Positions 39,905 through 48,902 of a DNA stretch of 64,000 nucleotides are shown here, piece by piece. Below the pieces are notes generated by a model that saw nothing but the letters and a program-made list of their open reading frames with translations, made no database searches and was not told where the DNA came from. This DNA is from Nostoc sp. (GTDB lineage: Bacteria; Cyanobacteriota; Cyanobacteriia; Cyanobacteriales; Nostocaceae). Both the position numbers and the translations under genes were made by a program. The stretch spans positions 1,466-65,465 of the forward strand of contig NZ_JBALDK010000059.1 in the NCBI RefSeq assembly GCF_036917455.1. Direction: 5' to 3'. Position 1 is the stretch's first letter. Every line of letters begins with the position of its first letter.

Positions 39905-41077
39905 TTATTCTCTCTCTGTTCTCTGTGTCTTTGTGGTTCGTTCCAAAATTGTTTTAACTTCACTCATATAAGTATCCATTCCACTCCATAAAATACCCGG
40001 TAACAAATCGCCAAAAGCATTAATCTCTAAAATCGCATGAGTTTTCCAATCAGGTAAAATCAGTAAATCAACTCCACAATATAAACTATTAGGAAATAAC
40101 GCTGCTGCTTGTTCGCAAGTTCGCTTCATAATCTCCCAATTTTCTACACCAATTTTTGCTAAAAATTCCTCAGTATTTCCTCGTTCATTCCCCAAATGCA
40201 AATTTGTCATCGGACTTTTACCAAGACGAACAACGATATGCTGTGCTTCGCCATTGATAACCACCACACGAACATCAAACCCGCATTCTTGTAAATGTGC
40301 TTTGGGTAGCCATTCTTCAACTTGTACGCCTTCTGCTGTCAAAATGTTGATGATATCAGCGACTTCTTCGCGGTGAGTATAGTGTTTAATTTTACGGGAG
40401 TTGTAAAGTAGAGTTTCCCCATTTTCCCGTACTCGTTCGACGGTGGTAATAGCTGATTCAAAACGCGAATTTGCGCGGTAAGCCACAACTCCAGAAGCAG
40501 CCGAACCGTGGGAAAGTTTGACGAATACTCGTTCTATTCCCTGCGTTTGCATTTGTTCGCGTAAATGATCGTAGTTGTGAATTTTACCTAGCGATCGCGG
40601 AACGGGGATATTATGACGGCTGAATCTTTCGTGACAAGTTGGTTTGTCAAACATCACAGCGATGTCTTGGGGATGGTTCATGAACTCGCCATTTATGAGA
40701 AGGGGAGTAAGTTGTGTTTCCCATTTTTGCAAGAGATAGCGCCAACCTAAATACCACTGTCGCGGGTAGAGGATGAGTCCTTTGTCAAATTCTAATTTTG
40801 TCGCTGCTTCTGCACTGATACGTTGATGATTGGAAGTAGAAAAAATCTCTCTACTCCCTTCTGCAATGATGGCTTTATCAACATCAAAGTTTTTTTCTGG
40901 AGAGTCGAAGCGGATAATAGTGTTGGGTGTGTTGAATTGTTCGAGAGTTTGTTTTCCTGCTATTAAGTCGGCGTAATCTACTACGGTGACTGGTGGTAAC
41001 TTGAAATGGACTAGGGCTTCTTGGAGGAAACCGACACGGCGGTTTTCGGGATTGGCGATGAGGATGAAATTAAGCAT
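39905..41077 (-). CDS. ATP-grasp (RimK-like) protein, STM4014-like
   Basis: FVKLSHGSAASG, VEEWLPK, FDVRVVV and LEINAFGD. Confidence 0.82.
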   Translation of the reverse strand: MLNFILIANPENRRVGFLQEALVHFKLPPVTVVDYADLIAGKQTLEQFNTPNTIIRFDSPEKNFDVDKAIIAEGSREIFSTSNHQRISAEAATKLEFDKGLILYPRQWYLGWRYLLQKWETQLTPLLINGEFMNHPQDIAVMFDKPTCHERFSRHNIPVPRSLGKIHNYDHLREQMQTQGIERVFVKLSHGSAASGVVAYRANSRFESAITTVERVRENGETLLYNSRKIKHYTHREEVADIINILTAEGVQVEEWLPKAHLQECGFDVRVVVINGEAQHIVVRLGKSPMTNLHLGNERGNTEEFLAKIGVENWEIMKRTCEQAAALFPNSLYCGVDLLILPDWKTHAILEINAFGDLLPGILWSGMDTYMSEVKTILERTTKTQRTERE

Positions 41078-41092
41078 TATCTAATATATTCT

Positions 41093-41958
41093 TTATTCGT
41101 GGAGGGCAAAATAGCGAGAAGCACTATACCCGTAAGCTATCTCTTCTTGAGAATGAGCAATTAACAAACAATCAATAAGCGATGATTGTTTAATGTCGTG
41201 AATAAATTCTTCCGATACGGAATTGTGAGCAATATTAAGTGTATGTAGATTAATGATTGCTTGTGATTCAATAAAGCGTTCAAGCCTATGTCTGTCAAAT
41301 TTTCCATTGACAAATCAAGTACTTCAAGAGTTGCAACAATGGGAGATTCAGCCATAAAAGAAGATTGAGCGATCACATCTGCTATTGCATCACTATAATC
41401 GCTACTACACAAACCTAAATATCGTAAATTTGGGAATGATTCACTAAAAATAATTAGTTTTAAACTATCAATAGTATCATCATAGCTATGTTCAGAACGT
41501 ATACCCATCCATAAGTCAAAACACTCTAGTTTTGGTAAATCGAGTGAACAAAGGCAATAAATTGTGACATCGCTAATATTTGCTATCTCAACTGGATTGA
41601 TGATACCAGCTTGAGCATTGAGACTTTCGGCTGTCCAATCTTTTAAAGTTGTAAAAAACAACCAAGCTTCACACCATAAAAGTGCTTGCTTTCCTTTGCC
41701 TTCTGTTTCTTGCAATAGCTCAAGGGCAATTTTATAGATTTTCTGCGAGGAATCTTGCAATGCATCAATCACTAAATCTAAACCTACATTTCCATAATTT
41801 AATGCGTCTGACAGTGCAGCAAATTGCACCTCAAAAACTCCCATATTTAACCTATTTTTAACCCCTTGTATACCTCCTAAAACCACACGACTATTAAATG
41901 GTACTTCGCCATCAAGTACTGTATCAAATTCTCTGGATTGATTTAGATTATTATTCAT
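41093..41958 (-). pseudogene. Second STM4015-like LRR paralog, with an internal deletion and a frameshift near 41265
   Basis: Starts MNNNLNQSREFDTVLDG...VVLGGIQGVKNRL at 41958. Lacks the central region relative to 42053..43306. After LLN a shifted frame gives QAIINLHTLNIAHNS...SRYFALHE* (stop 41093-41095). Confidence 0.8.
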
Positions 41959-42052
41959 AGTTAAAAGTGAATTCATTAAGAGAAAGTTTTTTAACCCACG
42001 CATGGGGGTTTTGTCTGTGTAGCCGCGTCTTACAGTCACCTGATACTAAAGT

Positions 42053-43306
42053 TCACTCTGCAATAGAACAATAGCGACCGTGGATGTAACTATCCTCATC
42101 TTCTTGCTTCTGATTACTTACCAAAATACGCACATCCAATTCAGATAATTTATCAATCATCTCCTGAGATAAAAAGCTTTCGGAAACATTCAGAATATCG
42201 AGATAATTTGTCGCCGGACAATTGAGCAATTCTTCCGCACCTGCGTCACTCAGCGTCCCCATTGAAAGGTCAAGTACGCTGATAGAATTAATAATCGGAG
42301 AACCAACAATAACGCTGACGATTTCATTCGTGAATTGGCTATTACGTAATCCTAAATAAGTCAAGTTAGGAAATTTCCCTTCAAACAGAATCGGATTTAA
42401 ATCTTCAACCCAACAATCTCCGCCGTAATCTTCACTGCCAAACCATAATTCTAAATGTTCTAATGCTGGCAGATTCATATTAAAAACTTCTGCAACAGTA
42501 TCTCTACTTAAAGCCCCAGCTTCAACAATGAATGCTTTGAGGTGATTGTGTCGCACTTGGGGACTAAATTGTAAACCGTCCCCTCCACGAATTTGCAAAA
42601 TTTCAAGTTTGGGATAAGCTTGCAAAACCAGACTGATATTACTTTGTCGAATCCAAGAAATTTCACAATCATGAGAATCTATATCACCGATGAAAACAGC
42701 TTTGAGATTAGTTAAATATTTTTTAGCATCAACTAAAGCTTGGACAATGCTACTTGAATCCCTTTCGTATGCTTCCACCCATAAACCAAACACTAAAGCT
42801 TCTAATTTCTCGGCGTTGGGTTCTTGTAGTAGTCTACTAAGTTTACTCGGCAAATTATCCTCATACTCATAATATTCAGACCTAAGAGCGTAAGCATTAT
42901 TAACAGGTTCAACAATACCTATATTTGCATCGAAATCTACAATTTGCCGATTTGCAAATGAATTAACATTCATTGGATACTCATTTAATCTTTCTTCTAA
43001 ATTCCAAGGTTTATATGTTCGCAATGCTTGTATAACTTGCGCTTCTACTCTTGGCTTTAATAGTCGATAAGCAAAACGCTGCACCAACCTCGATTTATCT
43101 TGCAATCCTTGAATTAATAAATTCAACCCAGCATCACCATATTTCAAGGCTTCGCTAAGTGCAGTAACCCGCACCTGAGTAACAGGATTTGATAAATAAC
43201 GTTTAACTCCCTCAATTCCTCCTAAAACTACTCCATCCATAGGAGGCGGAGATTGTCCTCCCAACACTGCATCATAATCTCTGGGTTGATTTTGGTTGTC
43301 TGTCAT
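42053..43306 (-). CDS. STM4015-like leucine-rich-repeat protein with an N-terminal HEAT-like module
   Basis: LEALVFGLW, NLKAVFIGD, LPALEHLELWFG, FPNLTYLGLRNS and VLDLSMGTLSD repeats; C-terminus RYCSIAE. Confidence 0.85.
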   Translation of the reverse strand: MTDNQNQPRDYDAVLGGQSPPPMDGVVLGGIEGVKRYLSNPVTQVRVTALSEALKYGDAGLNLLIQGLQDKSRLVQRFAYRLLKPRVEAQVIQALRTYKPWNLEERLNEYPMNVNSFANRQIVDFDANIGIVEPVNNAYALRSEYYEYEDNLPSKLSRLLQEPNAEKLEALVFGLWVEAYERDSSSIVQALVDAKKYLTNLKAVFIGDIDSHDCEISWIRQSNISLVLQAYPKLEILQIRGGDGLQFSPQVRHNHLKAFIVEAGALSRDTVAEVFNMNLPALEHLELWFGSEDYGGDCWVEDLNPILFEGKFPNLTYLGLRNSQFTNEIVSVIVGSPIINSISVLDLSMGTLSDAGAEELLNCPATNYLDILNVSESFLSQEMIDKLSELDVRILVSNQKQEDEDSYIHGRYCSIAE

Positions 43307-43341
43307 AGTGCTTTACCTTTCAATTCTTTATTAGAATTCCC

Positions 43342-43380
43342 AAAAATGCGGAATATGCACACATCCAATGCATATTCCGC
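43342..43380 (-). terminator. Terminator-like hairpin in the leader of the STM4015-like gene
   Basis: Perfect 12-bp stem GCGGAATATGCA / TGCATATTCCGC followed on the minus strand by ATTTTT. Confidence 0.55.
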
Positions 43381-43436
43381 CCCGACTACTGGAAGCCGTA
43401 GCTACACAAACTAAGTCAGCTTGTACTCGTTCAAAT

Positions 43437-43465
43437 ATAGTACAATAGTTCTACTCTGTTGACAA
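43437..43465 (-). promoter_or_regulatory. Sigma70-type promoter overlapped by a cyanobacterial LexA box
   Basis: Minus strand TTGTCA-17 nt-TACTAT with TG just upstream of the -10. Plus-strand AGTAC-AAT-AGTTCT (43439-43452) fits RGTACNNNDGTWCB. Confidence 0.6.
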
Positions 43466-43588
43466 AAGTTGTGGGGGATTCCTTTGTTTATACTAGTAGG
43501 CGTGCCAATTGCCGTTAGTGGAAATTTAGTAGAAGATAGAGATGATTGTGCCACTTTTATATCCTGAAGAAATCAAAATTCTACACTT

Positions 43589-43801
43589 ATGGCAGAGTAT
43601 CAAAAAGCTGAATATCGTATTGGCAAAGATGGCAAAATTACTGAAACCGTAATTGGTGCTTCTGGTGCAGCTTGTACCAGCACAACATCTGGAATTGAAG
43701 ATGCTTTGGGAGAGGTAGAAACTCAAGAATTGCTTCCTGAATATTACGAAGGGCAAGAAAACGTGACAGGAACAGAACAACAGTCTCTCAAACAAAAATA
43801 G
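43589..43801 (+). CDS. DUF2997-like small protein
   Basis: EYRIGKDGKITETVIGASGAAC...IEDALGEV...PEYY. Confidence 0.75.
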   Translation: MAEYQKAEYRIGKDGKITETVIGASGAACTSTTSGIEDALGEVETQELLPEYYEGQENVTGTEQQSLKQK

Positions 43802-43812
43802 GAGAGATATAG

Positions 43813-44274
43813 ATGCTCGCAGACATCATATCAAACATCCAGGAAAGCGGAATGTTTTCTCTGGAAAGTGTTTTGACGATCGCAATCGAATTTTTGGCGT
43901 TACTTTTGATTATTCCAGCAATTAAGGCTGCGATCGCTTCTCAACCACACAAGTTAACACAAGCGCGATCACAAGCACAAATTGAATCACTAGAAAATGA
44001 ACTAAAAACAACTCATCAAAACTATTTAGAACAGCAGCAAAAAATACAACATCTGCTTTCTGAAAAAGCAGCACTCCATCAAGAAGGCTTCCGACTGCAT
44101 GAAGAATTACAGCAGCAACGTGTTGAACTATCGGAGGAATTTCGCACTTCCACATTTGAGCAATTGCAGACATTGCTGACAAACTATCCAAGCATCCACC
44201 AGATGTCGTATTCATTGGTCTTTTTCCCGCTTTTTGCAATGAATGAACAATCCATCACGGCAATCATCGAGTGA
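43813..44274 (+). pseudogene. Membrane-anchored coiled-coil protein, 3' end apparently replaced by an IS remnant
   Basis: TM segment plus Q/E-rich coiled coil. The last ~20 codons read through the antisense of transposase sequence. Confidence 0.55.
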
Positions 44275-44648
44275 TTTTCAGACGTTGCTGCTTTGATTAG
44301 TTCCGCGTTGAACTCTAGCGTTGTCAAACTGTTTTTTAAACTGTCGGCGATAAGTTCTCTCTGTTCGTTGGCTGTAGCGGCTCAAGTTGGGTATTGTTTA
44401 CCTTGCCACAGGCAATTAGAATTGTCGCAAACACCGTTGTCAATGCTTTTATCTGCGGTTTATGGAAAATCCCCATTTTGGTCAGTAAGCTTTGTACAAT
44501 TTCCATATGGCTATCGAGTCGGTGCTTATTTGTTCTAATCAGCACCTTACAGCGCTTCCGGCTATTATGCAATACAGTTTTTCTCCTTGCCCTTTCCTAT
44601 CAAAGCTTTCAGATTTGGGAATGTACCTCATAGCTGCCGTAAGTGCTG
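44207..44648 (-). mobile_element. Truncated, frameshifted DDE transposase fragment (IS4/IS701-like) with a probable left end
   Basis: From ATG 44506: MEIVQSLLTKMGIFHKPQ...CGKVN, then in shifted frames NLSRYSQRTERTYRRQF and AVMDCSFIAKSGKKT. Putative end CAGCACTTACGGCAG at 44648-44634. Confidence 0.7.
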
Positions 44649-44704
44649 TAATGGTTCGATAGCTTTCTTGTCTATTCCCTCAACTAAAAATTGTCCGGAG
44701 TATT

Positions 44705-45277
44705 GTTGAGAAAGCCGATAAATACATCACCTATATTGTGAATGCTGCATCTCGAATGCAGGCACTTATTGAAGACTTGCTATCATATTCTAGAGTTGGT
44801 CGTTGCGATTTTCAATTAGTTTCGACCGATTGAAATCAGTTAGTTGACCAAGTGATTCACACATTCCATATTGCGATCGCCGAAAGCAACGCCACCATTA
44901 TGCGCGATTGCCTCCCGACGATCAAAGCCGACAAAGAACAATTCACCCGCTTGTTACAAAATTTAATTGGCAACGCGATTAAATATCGTCAAGAAGAGCC
45001 TCCTCAAATTCACATCATTGCGACCCAACAAGACAACCAATGGCGATTTGCAGTGCGCGATAATGGGATTGGGATTGAAGCCCAATATGCAGAGCGCATC
45101 TTTATCATCTTTCATCGCTTACATACCCGCCGCCAATATTCTGGCACAGGACTGGGTTTAGCCATTTGCAAGAAAATTGTTGAGCGTCACAACGGAAACA
45201 TCTGGGTGGAATCAGAGCTAGGGAAAGGATCTGTTTTCTGGTTTACAATGCCAGTAGATTCAGAAACCTCCCAATGA
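44705..45277 (+). pseudogene. 3' fragment of a Cph1-like histidine kinase (H-box missing, in-frame TGA at 44831)
   Basis: EKADKYITYIVNAASRMQALIEDLLSYSRVG...STD*NQLVDQV...[10 protein letters not shown]...DNGIGI...[13 protein letters not shown]. Confidence 0.8.
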
Positions 45278-45729
45278 GCAAAGACTCTCACCCGATTGAA
45301 CCCATTGAAATCCTTTTAGTCGAGGATTCACGAGAGGATGCCGATTTAACGGTTGAAATTCTGGACGATGCCAAAGTTCTCAACCGAATTCATGTGGTGG
45401 AGGATGGGGTTGAAGCCTTAAAATTTTTACGGCAGCAGGGCGATTATGCCAATGCACCTCGTCCAGATTTGATTTTACTGGATTTGAATCTATCTAGAAA
45501 AGATGGTCGAGAAGTCTTAGCCGAACTCAAAGCCGATCCCGATTTGAAGTTGATTCCGGTTGTGGTTTTAACAACCTCTGCGGCTGATGAAGATATTTTG
45601 CGAACTTACACACTGAATGCCAATTGCTATGTTAACAAACCTGTGAGCTTAGAAGAATTTGCTAAGGTGATTCGTTCGATTGAATTTTTTTGGCTGGTGG
45701 CTGTGAAGCTTCCCAAACTTGCATCGTAG
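45274..45729 (+). CDS. Single-domain response regulator, Rcp1-like
   Basis: [24 protein letters not shown] and [11 protein letters not shown] overlaps the kinase stop. Confidence 0.92.
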   Translation: MSKDSHPIEPIEILLVEDSREDADLTVEILDDAKVLNRIHVVEDGVEALKFLRQQGDYANAPRPDLILLDLNLSRKDGREVLAELKADPDLKLIPVVVLTTSAADEDILRTYTLNANCYVNKPVSLEEFAKVIRSIEFFWLVAVKLPKLAS

Positions 45730-45792
45730 GCTATAGTTAACATTTGGCGTTGATTTAAGGATTGGTTTTGGCATCACTTTTAGGTAGAACTC

Positions 45793-47286
45793 ATGATGAA
45801 GAATGATTCTCTACAAATTCTGTTAATTGAAGATAGCCTAGAAGATGCAGATATATTACAAGAATTTCTGGAAAACGCAGATCAAACTAGCTGGAAAGTT
45901 ACAGTCGTAGAAAAACTGGCACTAGCCCTCGAACAACTGCATCGCCGCAGCTTTGATGTGATTCTATCCGATCTCTCGCTGCCCGATGCTCATGGCTTGG
46001 AGACAATTACCCAACTTCATGCGGTGGTTCCAACCTTGCCGATTGTCGTACTCACCAGCCTCAAAGACGAAGCGATCGCTTTAGAGGCAGTGCGGCAAGG
46101 CGCACAAGATTACCTTGTAAAAGGGCAAATTAACGCCTATGCCTTGATTCGAGCCATTCGCCATGCGATTGAGCGATCGCTAATGCAACAGGTAATGCAT
46201 CAACAGTCAGTGGCGATCGCCGCATCAAGTGAAGGAATTGCCATTTTAGACACCCAATGGAACTATGTATATATCAACGAAGCCTATGCCAAAATCTACG
46301 GTTACAAAGATTCGAGTCTACTGCTACAGACCAATTGGAAAATTCATTATGACCCTATTCAACAAGCCCGCTTGAACAACGAAATTAAGCAAAGCCTACA
46401 GCAACGGAGATTTTGGCGAGGAGAGACTGTTGGTCATAAATGTAATAGTCAATCTTTTGACCAAGAACTTTCAATCACATTGTTACCGGATGGGGGAACA
46501 GTGTGTATTTTGCGAGATATTAGCGATCGCAAACGAACAGAAGCTGCCATACAAGAAGCTTTGCAGCAAGCCAGAGAATTACACCAACTCAAGTCTCAAT
46601 TCATCACGATGGTTTCCCATGAATTTCGGACACCGCTGAGTGTGATTTTGGTAGCAACAGAGTCGTTAAAACGCTATGCTCATCAATGGACTCCAGAAAA
46701 AAACCAGATTCGCTACAATCACATCATCGGTGGAGTGCAGCGGATGACTGAGTTACTCCACGATATGCTGGTTATGAACAGATCGGGGGAACATCAGACC
46801 AAATTCAACCCTCTACCACTGAACTTAGAAAAGTTCTGTCAAGAATTAATTGCGACATTAACGACCAGTGAACACCCAATTATTTTTGAGAGTCAGGGCA
46901 ACAATCGGCAAATTTGCCTCGATCCAACCGTCTTGCAACTCATACTCACCCACTTGCTCTGCAATGCAATTAAATATTCTATGGACGGTGGGAGGGTGAT
47001 GTTTGACCTGATTTTTGCTCCTGAACAGGTAACTTTCTCAATTCGAGATGAGGGCATTGGCATTCCTCTAGAAGACCAGGACAAATTATTCATCCCGTTT
47101 TATCGCGGTAGCAATGTTGGTAATCTGGCTGGGACGGGCATCGGGCTAGCAATTGTTAAGCAATGTGTGGAACAGTGTCAAGGTGTAATCAATGTTACTA
47201 GTCAGGTGAATCAGGGTACTCTAATCATAGTAACCTTGCCCATTGCTTTAGTAGAGCAGATTCATGCCCAAGATCCTGGTAATTGA
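45793..47286 (+). CDS. Hybrid kinase REC-PAS-HisKA-HATPase
   Basis: Receiver (SDLSLPD), H-box VSHEFRTPL, NAIKYS, DEGIGI and GTGIGL. Confidence 0.92.
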   Translation: MMKNDSLQILLIEDSLEDADILQEFLENADQTSWKVTVVEKLALALEQLHRRSFDVILSDLSLPDAHGLETITQLHAVVPTLPIVVLTSLKDEAIALEAVRQGAQDYLVKGQINAYALIRAIRHAIERSLMQQVMHQQSVAIAASSEGIAILDTQWNYVYINEAYAKIYGYKDSSLLLQTNWKIHYDPIQQARLNNEIKQSLQQRRFWRGETVGHKCNSQSFDQELSITLLPDGGTVCILRDISDRKRTEAAIQEALQQARELHQLKSQFITMVSHEFRTPLSVILVATESLKRYAHQWTPEKNQIRYNHIIGGVQRMTELLHDMLVMNRSGEHQTKFNPLPLNLEKFCQELIATLTTSEHPIIFESQGNNRQICLDPTVLQLILTHLLCNAIKYSMDGGRVMFDLIFAPEQVTFSIRDEGIGIPLEDQDKLFIPFYRGSNVGNLAGTGIGLAIVKQCVEQCQGVINVTSQVNQGTLIIVTLPIALVEQIHAQDPGN

Positions 47287-48394
47287 AGATGAGCCATCCC
47301 TACGCGAAGAAATACTCGATATTTTAGAATCTGAGGGGTTTGATGTAATGGGAGCAGAAAACGGGGTACAGGGTCTTCATTTGGCTCAAACAACCCCCCC
47401 TGACCTGATCCTCTGCGATGTCATGCTACCCGAAGCTGATGGGTATACAGTGTTATCTAGCTTACGACAACACCCAGACACAGCACTGATTCCTTTCATT
47501 TTCCTCACCGCTAAAGCGACCCGCGAAAATGTTCGGGAGGGGATGGAGTTAGGCGCAGATGATTATTTAACAAAACCCTTTAGGACGGATGAGTTGCTTA
47601 ACGCTATTACAAGTCGATTGAATAAGCAAGCAGCGATCATCCAGATCCATCAGAAAGTTACCCACCTTCAGCACTCTAATTTACTCAAAGACGAATTTAT
47701 CGAGACTGCATCACAGGAATTACGAAGACCTGCGACCAATATTATGATGGCGTTGAAACTCCTGCGACAAGCTTCCAACCCAGAGCAAACGCAACGCTAT
47801 ATCGATCGATTGCAGCAGGAGTGTTCCCGCGAAATTAATCTGATCAATGACTTGCTCGATTTGCATTATTTGGGTGCAAACGAACGTCCCTTACAACCGG
47901 AAACGGTGAATTTACAAACCTGGATTCCAGCGATCGTCGAACCATTTAAAACCCAGGCTCGACAACGCCAACAAATCCTCTGGAGCAACATTCCACCCTA
48001 TTTGCCAATGCCCATAATCGATGCCGCAGATTTCAAGCGCATCTTGAGCGAACTGCTCAACAATGCTTGTAAGTTCACGGCTCCCGGCGGCAAGATTGTT
48101 TTGGAAGCTCGTTGTGATTTGATTGCATCCGATGGTCAGATGATTATGTTCATTATTAGCAACGAAGCAGAGATTCCAGATGAGTTCATTCCCAATCTGT
48201 TCCAACCGTTTTATCGGGCACCAGAGGTCGATCGATGGCAGCAAGGCGGCAATGGTCTAGGCTTAACACTGGTTGAGAAATTGGCTGAACGACTAAACGG
48301 TAAAGTTCAAATTAGTAGTAAAGCGGGTTGGACTCAGTTTACCCTTCAACTACCTATGGAGACTAATCTGCCTGTTGCCTTGGCTCCTAACTAA
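47264..48394 (+). CDS. Response regulator fused to a kinase-like domain with a degenerate H-box
   Basis: Intact REC (CDVMLP, KP). ASQELRRP replaces SHELRTP. NNACKF and GNGLGL are retained. Confidence 0.88.
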   Translation: MPKILVIEDEPSLREEILDILESEGFDVMGAENGVQGLHLAQTTPPDLILCDVMLPEADGYTVLSSLRQHPDTALIPFIFLTAKATRENVREGMELGADDYLTKPFRTDELLNAITSRLNKQAAIIQIHQKVTHLQHSNLLKDEFIETASQELRRPATNIMMALKLLRQASNPEQTQRYIDRLQQECSREINLINDLLDLHYLGANERPLQPETVNLQTWIPAIVEPFKTQARQRQQILWSNIPPYLPMPIIDAADFKRILSELLNNACKFTAPGGKIVLEARCDLIASDGQMIMFIISNEAEIPDEFIPNLFQPFYRAPEVDRWQQGGNGLGLTLVEKLAERLNGKVQISSKAGWTQFTLQLPMETNLPVALAPN

Positions 48395-48439
48395 ATCAGA
48401 GGAATTCATAGCAGAGATAAGTAGGTCGGCTTGAAGAAG

Positions 48440-48522
48440 GCAGGAGGCAGGATAGCGCAGCGTTAGCGAGTCCGCGTTCGCTTTTAGCGTCTCGTAGAGA
48501 GCGTCGCCAGGGGGCAGAAGGG
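48440..48522. repeat. Nested small dispersed repeats within heptamer repeats
   Basis: GCAGGAG heptamers interrupted by AGCGCAGCGTTAGCGAGTCCGC...GAGCGTC, itself interrupted by GTTCGC...AGCGTCTCGTAGAGA. Confidence 0.6.
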
Positions 48523-48902
48523 AAGAGAAATTTAATCGAGGCGTTGCATAAATCCGGGATGAATCGGCGCTTGAAAACATTGATAATTCATTCCAGATTG
48601 GGCGAAAATATCCTATCCCTCTTCTGTCACTCTCCGAAAACATTTGCCATTTCTAGATTCTAGAGCTTTTGTATAGCAAACGATCGCGCGATTATTTTCT
48701 AATAACAAATACAAGACTCATTTTTTTTCTAGTAGTATAGCTTGTATTGGTTGCCTCATGAGGCTTCTAGCGATCACCCTCCCGGAGAGTGACAGAAGAG
48801 GGTTAAGCTAGACTGAATTGTTAGAGCAATCTCTGGGTGGTGTTCTGGTTTTACCCTGAATAACCCGATGTTTCTGATCCCACTATTGCGGCTGGAAAGG
48901 TT

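Noticed and set aside
36372-43306. Calling the radical SAM/ATP-grasp operon a RiPP cluster with the 51-aa ORF as precursor
   Set aside because: The short ORF is better explained as a deletion remnant of the LRR gene, since both termini match. No peptidase, transporter or RRE domain is seen. Kept only as a testable alternative.
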